The notes below the pieces were generated by a model, which saw nothing but the letters and a program-made list of their open reading frames with translations, ran no database searches and had not been told where the DNA came from. Shown here one piece after another: positions 1 to 15,119 of a stretch of 64,000 nucleotides of DNA (position 1 is the stretch's first letter; every line of letters starts with the position of its first letter). The stretch lies in assembly GCF_009914755.1 (NCBI RefSeq), contig NC_060947.1. One strand, given 5' to 3'. The translations under genes and the position numbers were made by a program. This stretch comes from the human T2T-CHM13v2.0 reference genome, Homo sapiens.

Positions 1-251
1 GTGCAATGGCGTGATCTCGGCTCACTGCAACATCCACCTCCTGGGTTCAAGGCGATTCTCCCACCTCAGCCTCCAGACTAGCTGGAACTACAGGTGCATA
101 CCACCACGCCCGGCTAATTTTTTGTATTTTTAGTAGAGACGGGGTTTCACCATGTTGCCCAGGCTGGTCTTGAACTCCTGAACTCAAGCGATCTGCCTGC
201 CTCGGCCTCCCAGAGTGCTGAGATTACAGGTGTGAGACACCACGCCCATCC
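1..251 (-). mobile_element. Alu (cut by window edge)
   Basis: gatctcggctcactgcaac...ttttagtagagacggggtttcaccatgttg...gattacagg. Confidence 0.95.
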
Positions 252-453
252 CAGAACCTCCTAATTTTTAAATTGTTGCATGTGCAGCTAGTCTATGTGT
301 TTCTTAAATCTCCTAACTATTCCTAGCCCTGCTTTGTTGTTTGAAGTACACAAATTCATTCCAGGACATTAATATTGTTAACCCTCTCTTGCCATGAATT
401 ATTCAAAGATTAATCTAGCTGCTCTACTAGTTACCTATGGTGAGTTTTTTGTG

Positions 454-484
<31 letters not shown>

Positions 485-710
485 TTTTTGCTTTTTTATC
501 ATCTGTGAAATTTCCAGAAGTACTATGGTAAGTTTTACAGTCATACACAATTAATAGCTTTCTCACATTGGCAGGAAATGAATGAACTATTCTGCTTAAT
601 CAGATAGTTTGACTACCAAATATTTATGTGTACCAAATGTGGTTTTACCAGTTAATGAATCTTTCGTGATTCAGATGTTACTTAAGGACCAAATCCTAGT
701 ATTTTATAGC

Positions 711-711
711 T

Positions 712-759
<48 letters not shown>

Positions 760-890
760 CCACACACACGTGCACATGTATCTTCAGAAAAATTGAGGTC
801 TATATGAATAACTTCCATTATATATATATTACGTAATATATATATACACACACACACATATGGATAAGTGTATACACACACATGTGTTGT
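711..890. repeat. Compound microsatellite: (TG)~23 followed by (CA)n and (TA)n
   Basis: Directly visible. Confidence 0.95.
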
Positions 891-1349
891 GTAAGAAAGT
901 AGACATTCCAATTATTTTTATAGCTTATTGGCCTGATCTTTGCTATGTTGGTGTCACACTCATTGCTTCCAAAGGAGGTTGTATTGGACACCTTGTGATT
1001 GTATGATGTTTTTTCCCACCCATCCAAATTTGAACAACACTTTTTCATTCTTGTAGTGGCAATAAGGTTCTTTGCCTCAATGTCATGCCAAGCCATCAAA
1101 TGCTTATTCAGAAGTTAATCACAAGAGGGCACTATTGCCTATAAAAATGAATCAGCATGTGTAATGATTTGAGCTCATTGGTGGTGGTGGTAGGGTTGTC
1201 TAAAGTCCTGTCTCTAGATTCCCTGTTTTAAGTTTCATTTATTCTTTCAGCCTCATAAAAATCATTAGCAAGTACTTGAAGAGGTGGCCTAGTTTCCCAA
1301 TGTCTGCATCCAAAACGAAGAGAACAGCTTTGCTGTCAAAGATTCTCTT

Positions 1350-1563
1350 TTGTTTTTTTGTTTGTTTGTTTTTGAGACGGAGTTTTGCTCTTGTTGCCCA
1401 GGCTGGAGTACAATGGCACGATCTCGGCTCACTGCAACCTCTGCCTCCTGGGTTCAGCGATTCTCCTGCCTCAGCCTCCAGAGTAGCTGGGATTACAGGC
1501 ATGTGCCACCACACCTGGCTAATTTTGTATTTTTAGTAGAGACGGGGTTTCTTCATGTTGGTT
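1350..1563 (-). mobile_element. 5'-truncated AluS with 10-bp TSD
   Basis: Right arm plus part of left arm; agattctctt at 1340-1349 and 1564-1573. Confidence 0.92.
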
Positions 1564-1993
1564 AGATTCTCTTCTTAAGAGCCTGATTAACAGTTGGTTC
1601 TGGTAGCACTTCCCATGCCTCTCAACACAGAAGCAAGGAGCAATCACTTTTGTTTGGCCGGAACTTCAGTTGGTTTCCTTGGCAGAGAAACTCAGTTCTC
1701 AGGCTGGACTATACAAACACCTTCATCCCTAGGCAGCTCCAAAATAAATTGAATAATATTTTAAAATCATGTCATTTCCATTTTAGAGCAGTGGTTTTAG
1801 AGTATATTCAGGGAGCTTGGAAAGTTTGTTTGGTGGAAATACTCCTAAGTTGGAATTGAATCCAGAGAGGCCTGTCTCCTGAGTTCTATATCAACAAATA
1901 TTGATTGGATGCTTGTTAGCTAAGGACACCATGAAGGATAGCAATCTAAAATGAACTCAACCTCAACCAGGAGAATAAGCAGTGACCATAATA

Positions 1994-2170
1994 TAGTAAA
2001 TCCTCACTTCACGTGGTCAATATATTTTTAGAAGCTGTGACTTTAAAGGAAACGATGTCCAATATTATTCAGTTATAATGTTGATGAAGAAAAAATGGAT
2101 TTGTTATATGTCGTTTAGCTTTAAAGTCAAAGTTTCCAAGAACCTATGGACGTTAACTGAGGACTTACTG
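1994..2170. mobile_element. TcMar-Tigger non-autonomous element (MER82-like), internally deleted
   Basis: Terminal inverted repeats tagtaaatcctcactt / aactgaggacttactg flanked by TA. Confidence 0.75.
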
Positions 2171-2419
2171 TATGTATACTGGAAAAGAGGTATGCTAGTC
2201 TGTCTTTGACTACCAAATCTTACTAATTCTAGGCCAGATAATGGGGATTTTTGTAAGAGTAGCTGTCTGGAGGAAGCTGGCTCACCAACCTGTTCCCCAA
2301 AACATGGGCTAAAATCACATTTATGTAATCTTAATCATCTATTTCTCTGTTAGTGGACTGCATACCCAACACCTGACCCTACAGGATAACAAATTGCTTA
2401 CATAATACCAATTTATGCC

Positions 2420-2880
2420 AAATATCTTCTGTTTCCCCCTCTACCATCACATTTCATCCTGCTTTCTGCCCCAGAGGGTTCCTGAGCCCTCTGGCTTCTG
2501 ATTGGGTTCAACCAGTTGGAAGTCCCAGCAGAATACCAGAGGAGGGGACAAGAGTTGGGTTAGGGTATTTATTTTCATGGCTCTTTCTCTATGAGGTTAC
2601 CTCAGGTTGGTTTGTGACTCTCAATTGAATGTCCCTACTGCTCTCAAGATGACTTACTATTCCTAATTATCTTCCTTTCTGGTTCTACTAACCCCTTCTC
2701 ATGTTTTCAGGTCTAGGTGTGATGGGTATGGTGACAAGTCTGCTGTTGCTGTGCTGCTAGACCTGGATTCCTGAACAACCATTTGTGATTCCCCCTCCAC
2801 ACCATCTATATATTTCTAATTAAACTCTCCTCAGATTATCCTAATTTAAGTGTGTTGTACTTTTGTTGTTGATACTCCAA
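2420..2880. mobile_element. Old ERVL solo LTR (LTR33-like)
   Basis: gccctctggcttctgattgggttcaacca...agggtatttatt resembles the LTR33 consensus as I recall it. Confidence 0.6.
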
Positions 2881-3804
2881 CGAATACTCAACACTTCTAG
2901 TTTCCAAAATCTAGAGAAAGTGCTTTATTTCCATATGTGACAAAATGAGGGTGAATTGATAAAACTGACATGCATGATTAAGCATGCATCTTTGACTTTG
3001 AACTAAGGGATGGGCCAGCAGAAATATGACTTAACACCACTTAATCTAAGACCTAGTTTATCAAGAGTTATTGGAAGCTGTGTTCCAGGGTACTTATGGT
3101 GAAATGAGGCAAAATATGTTCCTTATGATCCTAAATTATTTATCTTTTTCCAATTAGTGTCCCACTGGATCTCTAAAGAATGCACTTTTATTTCCCCCAG
3201 GTAGTCATTTGTCTTCCTACATCTTAACTTCAAATAATTAATTTGTTAACTCATTAGCAGACTAGATTACAAGTACCAATAACTCATCTCTGAAAGCTCC
3301 AAAGAGAAACTCCCGGTAGTATTACTTCAACCAGAGGAATCTGCTAAGCCAGATATACCTGCTTGCAGTCAGTGAAAAGCCCTGAAGTGTTACTAGCTGA
3401 GAAATGAGTAATTTATTAGTGGTTTTCTAGCCTCAAGAGCATCTGTAAAAGTAAGCCTGCAGAAGTTCTTCACATCTGCTTCCCTTCTGTTCAAGGGTAC
3501 CAGAGTGAATGCTTATACTAGGGATTATGGAAGACAGGTCATGTTCTAAAGCCAAAGACAGCCTGAGAATACTGTACTTGGTAATTTCAACCAGTCCCAC
3601 ACCGAACCTACCAAGAAGCCAACATACTCTCTCTTCAAGCAAAATAGTTTCCTGGTTGATTTTCATAGGGCCAGCAAAGTGCTTGCTGTTGCCAGTCTAT
3701 CATAAGCTACAATGGTAACCCCCGATGTCAGATCCTTGTGTCTCTCTGACACAATAATTTGACCTTTGCTTGGGCTGCAAGGAAGGCTACCTCTAACACC
3801 TCAG

Positions 3805-4010
3805 TAGTAATAAGACTAACACCTTATATGTATGTAGTTCTTATTAAAATATCATCCTTTACACATTTCATCTGAGTCTCAACAACTCTGATGTACTCAA
3901 GCAGTGCAAGGATTAGTCTCCAATATACAGATGTGGAAGCTGAGCCTTGGAATGGTTAACTGACCCCAAAAGTCACAAGTTACTAAGTTCTTTTCACTCC
4001 AAATCTAATC
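3805..4010 (-). mobile_element. MIR
   Basis: tacagatgtggaagctgag...gttaactgaccccaaaagtcaca core. Confidence 0.65.
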
Positions 4011-6879
4011 GTCACTTTTGAGCCATGAAGATGCCTATATCTAAAATCTTATAATCCTGTGTGGTAGACATTCATAGCAATATATATAGAGGTCTCTGCC
4101 TCATGAGAAGTGATAGGCTGTATGTTTTGGAAGTCTTGGTTCCCAGGTAAGGATGAATGCTTTCCTAGCACCTTTGCAGCACCTGAAACCCCTTGGAATT
4201 AACCTTTAGGCACAGGGGGCTTATAGTTAATCCATTGTACCTCAGGATACTCTGTCTGGTCTAAGCCTCTATAGCTAAAGAAAACTTTATGGGTGTGGCC
4301 TGGTGCCCTCATGTGAACTTCCTCAGGGCTTTTGAATCCAGATGAACTCCTGGAATTTAAATGCCCTGGCCTGCAGCCTCGTCAATGCTATTAGTGTCTA
4401 AGGAAGGGCCAGTTTTGTAAATCTGAGACCATCCTACTAATTTTATTATCTATTATAGACAATGCAGAAAGGACTCCATGGAGGGGAAAATTTCTTTAGC
4501 TCCAACAGTAAAGTTCGTTATATTTTGTTTACACTTAATATACATAAACTTATAGAAGCAATTTGAGTTTGCTAGCTGTAACCTCCATTGGTCACATTTT
4601 ACATGCAGAAGTTTCCCTTATTTGACTCCCTTTAGCGGAAATTTACACTAGGAATCATATGAGCAAACATAAAGCCAGCTGGGCCAAGCAGTATGTGGCT
4701 ATTTATCAGATTAGAGAGGCAGGAAAGGTTAAAGACAAGTTAGAGAACATGTGGGCTAAAATAGGGCTCTGCATAGCTTATTGTAATCAGAAATAAGCCT
4801 GGCTTTGAGGTTACTGGGTTTAAGTATGTTATTAAGTTGACTATGTACTTTCAGATGTGGAAATTGTTGCCCACCTTAAGGCCAGCAACAGCACAGAAAA
4901 CTACTCCCCATGGAGTGTAAAGTGATAACAACCTGAAGCCATTTTTACAAACACTTCCTTCTCCTACTCAGAAAGCAGCATTTTCTTTTATTCTCTGAGC
5001 AGGCAGAAGCACCCATGGGTGCATGAAAGTGTGCTAGTGCTTTTCTTCTTGCAGCTCTGTTTTTCCTTCATCTATTTTGAAAATTTGCTTTTAGGTGCAT
5101 AAATATTTATGATTGTTATATCCCCTTGATAAAATGATCTCTTTATTATTATTATAATGGTAATATAGTAAAGAAAATGTTAATATTATTTGCTCTGAAA
5201 ACTACATTGATAGCAATATTGCCATCCAGCTTTCCTTGTGTTAGTGTTAACATATTTTTTCATTATTTTACTTTTAACCTAGTTCTGTCTTTCTATTTGA
5301 AGCGCATTTCCTGAGGGTCACATAGTTGGATCCTACTTTTTAATACAATATGACAATTTTTACTTTTTAATGGACTGCACTTAATGTGCTTATTGATATG
5401 GTTAAGTTCAACTCTGTTATCTTATTTGTTTTCTATTTGCCTCATTCGTAATGTGTTCACTTTTTATGCTTTGTTTTGGATTAATTGAATATTTTTTCTG
5501 ATTCCCTTTTATCTCCTTTGTGGATATTAACTGTAACATTTTGTTTGGTTAATTTAGTGGCTGCTTTAGTTTTTATGGCACACATTTTTAACTTATCACA
5601 GTCTATATTCAAGTCACATAATACCACTTCATGTATGCTATAAGAATGTTACAATAGTATACTTTCAATTCTCCCCTCTTGATCTTCGCACCACTATTTT
5701 CATACACTATGTTTATTATGTTATAAATACCACACTACATTGCTGTTATTTTTGTTTAAACAGTATATTCTCTTTTATATTAGACATAATTCATATACAA
5801 TAAAATTCACCCTGTTAAAGGGTACAGTGTAATGGTTTCTAGTATATTCACAAAATTTTTCAACCATCAATCCTGTCTAATTCCAGAACATTTTCATCAC
5901 CCTGAAAATAATCCCATGCAATCAGACCCCATTTTCCTCATCCCTTCCTCCTCTCAGCCCTACGAAACCACCAGTCTGTTTTCTGTCTCTATAGATTTGC
6001 CTATTCTGGACATTTCGTATAAATGGAATCATACAACATATATGGGCTTTTGTGTCTGGCTTCTTTAACAAGGATCATCCATGTTGTTGCATGTGCTGGT
6101 ACTTCATTTCTTTATTTTTTAAATTCAAGTGAAATCCAAGTAACTTAAAACTAACCATTTTAAAGCAAACAATTCGAGTGCCATTTAGTACATCCACAGT
6201 GTGCAGTGTGGTGCAACCACCTCCTTAATCTAGCTACAAAACAGCCTCATCACTCCAAAAGAAAACCCCGTATCCATTAAGGAGTCACTCTCCAGTCCCC
6301 ACAGCCACTGGCAGGCACTAATCTACTTTCTGTCTCTATAGATTTACCTATTCTGAATGTTTTATATAAATGGAATCTTACAATATGTGACTTTTTTGGG
6401 TCTGCTTTTTTTTTCATTTAGCATAATGTTTTCAAGGTTCATCCATGTTACAGCATGTATGAGTACTTCATTCTTTTTATGTTGCATAATAATACATCGT
6501 AAGGTTATACCACATTTGTTTGTCCATTCATCCATTGACAAATATGTTGTTTCCACCTTTTGGTGAATTTGAATAGCGCTGCTATGAACATTCATGGACA
6601 AATATTTGTTTGAATACCTGTTTTCAAGTCTTTCAGGTATGCCTAGGAGTGAATTTGCTGAGTCATATAGTAATTCTGTTTAACTTCTTGAGGAAGTTAA
6701 GCCAAACTGTTTTCTACTGGACCAACACCATTTCACATTCCCACCAGCTGTGTGCAAAAGTCCAATTTTTCCACATCTTTACAAAAATATGTTATTTTTC
6801 CATTTTTAATTATTGCCATCCCAGTGAGTGTAAAGTGGTATCTCATTGTGGTGGTTTTTGGTGGTGGTGGTGTTGTTTT

Positions 6880-7165
6880 TATTTAGACAAGGCTCTGTCA
6901 CCCAGGCTGGAGGGCAGTGGCAGAATGATACCTCACTGCAGCCTCAAAACCTGGACTCAAGGAATCCTCCTGCCTCAGCCTCCTGAGTAGCTGGGACTAA
7001 AGGCACATGCCATCATGTCTGGCTAATTTATTTTTATTTATTTTTTGTAGATATGGGGTGTTGATTTGTTGCCGAGGCTGGTCTCAAATTCCTGGGCTCA
7101 AGCTATCCTCCTGCTTTGGCCTCCTAAAGTACTGGAATTACAGGCATGGTGCCACCGCACAGGTC
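6880..7165 (-). mobile_element. AluJ
   Basis: ctcactgcagcctcaaaacctggactcaag...cctgggctcaagc. Confidence 0.9.
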
Positions 7166-7804
7166 TCATTGTAGTTTTGATTTGCATTTCCCTACTGACT
7201 AATGATTCTGAGAGTCTTATGTGCTTGTTGGCCGTTTGTGTATCTTCTTTAGAGAAATGTCAATGTAAATGCTTTGCCCATTTTCAATTGGGTTATTTGT
7301 CTTTTCACTGGTGAGTTGTAAGAGTACTTTATATATTATAGATACCTATCCTTTATCAGATATATGATTTCTGAATATTTTCTCTCATTCTGAGGGTTAT
7401 CTTTTTACTTTCTTGATGGTGTCTTTTAAAGCACAGGATATTTTAGTTTTAACGAAATATCAAAAATATTTTCCTTTTGTTACTTTTGCTTTTGGTGTCA
7501 CATGTAAGAAATCATTGCCTAATCCAAGTGCACAATGTTTAACTCCTATGTTTTGGCTCATACATTTAAGTCTTTAATCTATATTGAGTTAATTTTTAAA
7601 CATAGTGTGAAGTAAGATTTCAAATTTATTATTCTGCATGCAGTTGTCCCAGCACCATTTGTTGAAAAGACTTTTTCTTTCCTCTATTAAATTGTCTTGA
7701 TACACTTGTCAAAAACGGATCCACCACAGAAGTATGGCTTTATTTCTGGATTCTCTGTGCCATAGATCGATATGTCTGTGTTTATGCCAGTACTACACAG
7801 TCTA

Positions 7805-8087
7805 TTTTTTTTTAAGATAGGGTCTAACTCTGTCACCCAGTTTGCAATGCAGTGACATGAACATGGCTCACTGTAGCCTCTACCTACAGGGTCCAAGTGA
7901 TCCTCCTTACTCAGCTTCCTGTGTAGCTGAGAGCATGGGTGGTGCCACCATGCCTGGCTAAGTTTTTGTAGAGGTGGTATCTCACTTTGTTCCCCAGGCT
8001 GGTCTCAAACTTCTGGGCTCAAGCAATTCTCCTGCCCCCGCCTCCCAGAAGGCTGGGATTACAGGCATGAGCCACTGTGCCTGGCCT
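7805..8087 (-). mobile_element. AluJ
   Basis: Diverged dimeric Alu; TSD-like cacagtct on both sides. Confidence 0.9.
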
Positions 8088-9764
8088 CACAGTCTTGATT
8101 ACAGTAACATTGCAGTAAGTTTTGAAATAGTCAAGTGCCAGTCTTTCAACATTGTTCTTTTTCAAGATTGTTTTGGCTATTCAGGCTCCCTTGCAATTCC
8201 ATATGCATTTAGTCTCAGCTTGTCAATTGCTGCCAAAAAATAAAAGAAGAAGAAGACAACTGGGATATTAATAGATTACATTGAATCTGTACATCACTTT
8301 GGGGAGTATCGTATTTTAACAGTATTAAGTCTTCTGACCCATGAACAAACACTCTTTTTCTATTTATGTAGATCTTCCTTAATTTCTTTCAATAATGTTT
8401 TGTAGTTATTGGTGTACAAGTCTTGCACTTTTATTCCTAAGTATTTTATTCTTTTGTGTTACTATAAATGGAATTTCTCTATTAATTTCCTTTTCATATT
8501 TCTCATTGCTAGTGTATAGAAATACAATTTTTGTTTTTGGTTGTATATTGATCTTGTATCCTGCAACTTTGCCTAATGCATTTGTTAGCTATAATAGTTT
8601 TTTAGTGGATTTATCAGGATGTTGTATATATAACGTCATGTCTTCTGCAAATTGACATAGCTTTCCTTCTTTCTTTCCAGTCCTTATGCTTTTTATTTTG
8701 TCTTCCTTGTCTAATTGATTAGGCTAGAAACTTCAGTACAATATTAAATAGAAGCAATGAGAATAAACATCTTTTTCTTGGCCCCATTCTACGGAGGAAG
8801 GTTTTAGTCTTTCACCATTAAGTATGATGTTAGCAGTAGATTTTCATAGATACCTTTTCTCAGTTTGAGACAGTTCCCTTGTATTCCTAGTTGTTGAGTG
8901 CAGTGTTTTTATCATGAAAATATGTTGGATATTGTCAAATGCTTTTTCTGCACCAATTGAGATCATTGTGTGAGTTTTATCCTTCATTTTATTAACTAGG
9001 TGTATGACATTGATTAATTTAAATATGTTGAACCAGTCTTGCTTTCCTAGTATAAATCCCACTTGGTCATGGTGTATAATATTTTTAATACGCTGTTGAA
9101 TTTGGTTTGCTAGTATTTTGTTGAGTATTTTTACATATTTATTCATAAGGGATATGGCTCTATAGTTTTCTTATAGTGTCTATCTGGCTTTGTTGTCATG
9201 ATATTACTGGCCTCAGAGAGCGTAAGTTGGGAAATCCCTTATCTTCAATTTTAAAAAGAGTTTGAGCAGGATTGGTGTTAATTATTTAAATGTTTGTTAA
9301 AATTCACCAGTGAAGCTATCTGGTCCTGGACTCTTAATATGTTGCTTGATTGGATTTGCTACTATTTTTTTTTATTTTGTGTCTATGTCCATAGGGGATA
9401 TTGGTCTGTATTTTCTTTTCTTGTGGTATTCATGTCTAGTTATAGTACCAAGTTTTTGGCCTCTATGAAGTTTTGGCCTCTACAACGAGTTGTGAAGTTT
9501 TATCTCCTTTCCCATCTTTTAGAAACTTTTGTGAAGGGTTGTTGTTAATTCTTCTTTAAACATTTGGTAGAATTCTCCAGTGAAGTTATCTGTCCTGGGC
9601 TTTTATTTGTTAAAAATTTTAAATTACCAATTCAATCTCTATTTTTATATCTGTGCAGTTTTCTCATTTTTTCTGTTGATTTCTATTGCTCATGTCCTTT
9701 TAGAAATGTGTCTATTCCATCTAGTGTATCTAATTGGTTTGCATACAATTGTTCATAGTATTGG

Positions 9765-10088
9765 TTTTTTTGTTTCTGTTTTTGTTGTTTTTTGTTTGTT
9801 TGTTGTTTGCACAGGATCTCATTCTCTAACCCAAGATGGAGTGCAATGCTGTGATTATAGCTCACTGCAGCCTAACTCTTGGGCTCAAGTGATCTGCCCG
9901 CCTAAGACTCCTGAGTAGCTGGGAGTACAGCTGTGTGCCACCATGCCCACCTAATTTTTATTTTTTTGTGGCGATGGGCATCTCTCTTCGTTGCCCAGAC
10001 TGGTCGTGAACTCCTGGCCTCAAGCAATCCTCCCTCCTTGGCCTCCCAAAGAGTTGGGATTACAGATGTGAGGCACTCCACCCAACCC
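9765..10088 (-). mobile_element. AluJ
   Basis: atagctcactgcagcc...ggcctcaagcaatcctcc. Confidence 0.9.
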
Positions 10089-11165
10089 ATGATATTATTT
10101 TATAGTCATTTTTATTTATCTAATGTCAGTAGTAATGTCCCCTTTCATTCCTGAATTTAGTAATTTGAGTCTTCTCTCTATTTTGGCATGGTCTATCTAG
10201 TGAAAGATTAATCAATTTTGTTAATTTTTTTATAGAATCAACTTTTGATTTTGTTAATTTTCCATATTATTTTTCTATTCATCATTTCATTTATTTTCAT
10301 TCTTCTGCTTGCTTTGGGTTTAGTTTGTTGTTTTTCTAGTTTTTCAAGGTGGAAGGTGGAAGGTTATTGAGTAGGTTATTGATTTAAAGTATTTCTGCTT
10401 ATTTACAACTATAAATTCCCCTCTAAACACTGCTTAGCTGTACCTTATAAGGTTTGGTAGGTTGTGGTTTGTTTACATTCATTTCAAAGTATTTTTTAAT
10501 TTACTTTGTAATTTCTTCTCTTACTCATTGGTTACATAGAATAGTATTAATTAATTTCCATGTATTTGTTAATATTCCAAATTTCCACCTGCTAATTTCA
10601 TTCCAGTGTGGTCAGAGAACATACATTGTATGATTTCAATCCTTTAAAATTTATTGAGATATGTTTTATGGACTAACATATGGTCTGTTCTATATAATGT
10701 TCCATATACTCTTTGGAACAATATGTATTCTGTCAGTGTAGAGTGTTCTATAGAAGTCTATCGGATCTGGTTGATTTGTAGTGTTGCTCAAGTCTTCTAC
10801 TTTCTTGTTAATCTTCTGCCTACTTGTTCTGTCCATTATTGAAAGTGGGGTATTCCAGTCTCCAGCTATAATTGTTGAATTGCCTATTTATCACTTCAGT
10901 TTGGTCAGATTCTGCTTCATGCATTTTGAGACTCTGATCTTAGGTATATATATATATGTATTATATATATTATATGAATAATTGTTATGTCTTCTTTATG
11001 GATTTATTCTTTTATCTTTGTAAAATGCCCTTTTTATCTCTGGTAGCCATTTTTGTCTGAAAAGGCTATTCATTTGATATTAATATAGCCACTCCAGCTC
11101 TCTTTTGGTTACCGTTTTCATATCTTTTTTTCATCCCTTTACTTTCAATGTATTTGTGTCTTTGA

Positions 11166-11458
11166 ATTTTTTTTTTTTTTTTTTTTTGTGATGGAGTCTC
11201 TGTCACTCAGGCTGGAGTGCAGTGGAGCGATCGCGGCTCACTACACCCCCGCTTCCTGGGTTCAAACGATTCTCCTGCCTCAGCCTCTGGAGTAGCTGGG
11301 ACTACAAGCGCCACTATGCCCGATTAATTTTTTTATTTTTAGTAGAGACGGGGTTTCACCATGTTGGCCAGGCTGGTCTCAAGCTCCTGACCTCAGGTGA
11401 TCCACCCGCCTGGTCTCTCAAAGTGCCGGGATTACAAGCATGAGCCACCGTGCCTGCT
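11166..11458 (-). mobile_element. AluS
   Basis: Poly-T tail; ctgacctcaggtgatccacccgcc. Confidence 0.93.
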
Positions 11459-12359
11459 GATTCTTTGATTAACTGTTTGTCTTCTAGGCAGCATACACTT
11501 GAACCATGTTTTTTATGTCTGTTCTGCCGATCTCTGCCTTTGAATGGATCGTTTAATCTATTCACATTTAATGCAGTTACCGTTAATTTGGGATTTATGG
11601 CTGCCATTTGTTTTGTGTATGTGCCATGTCTTTTTGTTCCTTTATTTCTCCATCATGTCCTTTTGTGTTAAATAGCATTTTCATTCCCTCGTCATTTATT
11701 TTACTATATTTTTGGTGTTATTTTCTTATTGTTTGCCCTATGGATTACAATTAACATCTTAAATTATAACAATCTAGCAACTTAATTTCATAGTAAAAAT
11801 AAATTTTACTCCTAAACGGCTCCATTATTTCTCCCCTCCTTTGTTCTGTTACTGTCATATAATTGCATCTTTATATATGGTATGCCCATCAACACAGATT
11901 TATAATTATTGCTTTATGCAGCTGTCCTTTAAATTAGGAGTAAAAAAGAGTTATAAACAAAAACTACATTTATACTGTCTTTTATATGTACCTCTACAGT
12001 TACGTGTGTTTTTTATTTCTTCATGTGTATTTAAGTTACTGTCTAGTGTCCTTTCATGTCTACCTGAAGAATTCCTTTTAGTACTTCTTGTAGGGCAATC
12101 CACTAGTGTTGGATTCTCTTAATGATTACTTATCTTGTGATCTTTTAATTTCTCCTTCATTTTTGAAGAATAGATGCACTGGAATAGAACACTTGAATTA
12201 CAGTCTTTATTTTCTTTGAGCACTTTGAGTATGTTATCCCAATTCCTTCTAGACTGTAGTTTCTGATAAGAAATCAGCTGATAATATTATGAAGCATCTC
12301 TTGTACACGATGAGTCACTTTTGTCTTACTGTTTCAAGATTCTTTGCCTTTGACTAATT

Positions 12360-13210
12360 TTTTTTTATTTTTAAAACTTTTCTATTGTGGTAAAATACAT
12401 GTAACACAAAATTGATCATTGTAACCATTTTTAAGTGTACAGTTTAGTGGTATTAAATATATTCAGAATGTTGTGCAACCATCACCACATCCATCTACAT
12501 AACTGTTTTATCTTATAAAACTGAAATTCTATACCCATTAAACAATAACTCTCCATTTTCCGCTCCCTCCAGCCCCTAGCAGCCACCATTCTACCTTCTT
12601 TCTGTATGATTTTGACTACTTTAAGTAACTCATAGATGGAATCATGCAGTATTTGTGGTTTTGTGACCGGTTTATTTCACTTAGCCTAATGTCCTCAAGG
12701 TTCATCAATGTTGCAGCATATTTCAAAATGTTCTTCCTTTTTAAGGCTGAATAATATTCAATTGTATTTATATTCTACATTTGCTTATCCATTCATCTGT
12801 TGATGAACACTTGGGTTGCTTCAATGTTTTAACTATTGTGAATAATATTCCTATTAACATGGCTGTCCAAATACCTCTTTGAGAGCCTGCTGTGAATTCT
12901 TTTGGGTATATAACAAGACATGAAATTGCTGAATCTTACAGTAATTCTGCTTTTATAAGTTTGAGGAAACACTATACTGTTTTCCACAATGGCTGTACTA
13001 TTTTGCGTTCACATCAATAGTGTACAAGGGTTCCGACCTCTCTACGTCATCACCAACACTTATTATTTTCTGATTATTTTCATAGTTACCATCCTAAGAG
13101 ATGTAAGGTGTTATCTCATTGCAGTTTTGATTTACATTTCCCTAATGATTAGTGATGTTGAGACTCTTTTTAAGTGCTTATTAGCCATTTGTATATCTTT
13201 GGAGAAATGG
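12360..13210 (-). mobile_element. L1MB-like 3' end inserted into the L1
   Basis: ttgtggtaaaatacatgtaacacaaaatt...ccattcatctgttgatgaacacttgggttgc; host resumes at ttttgacag. Confidence 0.8.
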
Positions 13211-15119
13211 TCTTTTTTACTTTTGACAGTTTAATTATAACGTATCTCGCTGAGGTTGTCTTTGAGTTATTCCTACTTGGAGTTGAGCTTCTTGGATGTA
13301 TATATTAATGTAGTCCATCAAATTTGGGTAGATTTTGGCTATTATTTCTTCAAATGTTCTTTCTGCCCCTGTATACTCTCCTTTCCTTCTGGTACTTCCA
13401 TTATATGCATGTTTGTATGCTTGATGGTGCCCCATATTTCTCAGAGGGTCTGCTCACTTTTAAAAAAATTATTTTACCTTTCTGTTTATCAGACTAGATA
13501 AACTCATTGGGCCTATCTTCAAAGGTACTGATTCCTTCTTTTGCCAGTCCAAATCTATTGTTGAGCCCCTCTAGTACATTTTTTATTTCAGTACTTTTCA
13601 ACTCCAGAATTTCTGCTTAGTTCTTTTTATAATTTCTCTCTGTATCAATATTGTCTATTTGGTGAGAGATCCTTCCCAGACTTTTCTTTAGTCCTATAAA
13701 CATGGTCTCCTTTTGTTCTTTGAGCATACTTGAAATAGCTAATTCAAAAGTCTTTGTCTAGTAAGTCTAAGGTCAAAGCTTCCTCAAGAACACTTTCTAT
13801 TGATTGCTCCTTTTCCTGTGTGTCAGCCGTAATTCCTTGTTGGTTTTTTTTTTTTTTTTTTTTTTTACTTCTCATACTTTTTATTCACAATTGGACATTT
13901 AAAATAATATAATCTGGCAACTTTGGAAACCAGATTCCACCACTACCCCCAACTCCCAGAGTTTGTTGTTGTTGCTATTTTTTGTTGTCTTTTGTTTGTT
14001 TAATGGTGTTTCTGTACTAATTTTGTAAAATCTGAATTGTTATGTGTAGCCACTAAAGTCTTTGCTCAGTTAAATTGGTTTCCAGCTAATTATTTTAGAG
14101 AGATTTCCCTAAATGACTAGGATTAATAAATCTCCCAGTCATTTCTGAGTGGTTCTGTGTGCTCATTAGGACACATTTTCAACATTCAGCTAGGCAGTTT
14201 TTAGCTCTGCCTTAGTCTTCACTCCTTGCTTATATAGAAGCCTCAAGATTAGGCAGTGATGAGAGATTTGGGCCTTCTCATGCCTCTCCTGAGCCTGTAC
14301 ATAGCCCTGGGCATTATCATATCACTACACCTGTACTTTTTCTTCTAGGTTCTTCAAACTATTTTATAACTTTTCAAAGTCTCCTATGGGCATCTCATTC
14401 TCCCTCCCATTTTCTTTTTCAGATTTTTAGTTAGCCTAATGTTTTCCCCAACTGTCATTCACCACCTCAGGCAGCTGCAATATTAAACAATTGCCACTGA
14501 GTGTTTTCAACAAATGCCCCCAAAGAAAATTTGTTTGCATGGGCAGAGCTCTGTGTCAGGGCAAATAATGACAAGCCTTGTGATTAGGGTGTCCACAGAA
14601 TCACCAGACAGGTCAATAATGGCCGTTCTCTGGGAATGAAGCTTTCAAAATGCTCCAACCCTTTTCTGCTCCCTCCAGTGGCTACCAGGTGAGTGACTTT
14701 CATCATGATTATGATTGAGGGCTATTAGTTTACTAGGCTACTATAGAGCTTGGGGAGAGGGAGATGGGAATAGAGCAAGTTAAAATACTAGGAATCTCAC
14801 TGTTCTTATTGAGATGCAGACATTTTTCTTAAATAAACACTCCCCAGATTGCTACAAGGCTTTTGTTAATTTTCAGAGTTCTTAAAGAGTTGATTCTGAA
14901 AATTTTTTCAGTGTTCTCTTTGCTTTTATGGAGAAATGAATTTTCAGAGTTTCTTAGAGCACCATTTCCACTAATGCCCTCATTTAAATAATAAGAAATA
15001 AATAATAAAAATAGTTTATATATAGTTTACATTTTCAATGCTCTTCATTTCTTTGTATAAATCTATATTTCCATGTTGTATTATTTTCCATGTATGAGAG
15101 AATTCCTTTGACATTTCTT

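Noticed and set aside
1-5000. COL4A5 terminal exons
   Set aside because: No Gly-X-Y or NC1 coding sequence seen; the gene presumably ends before the window
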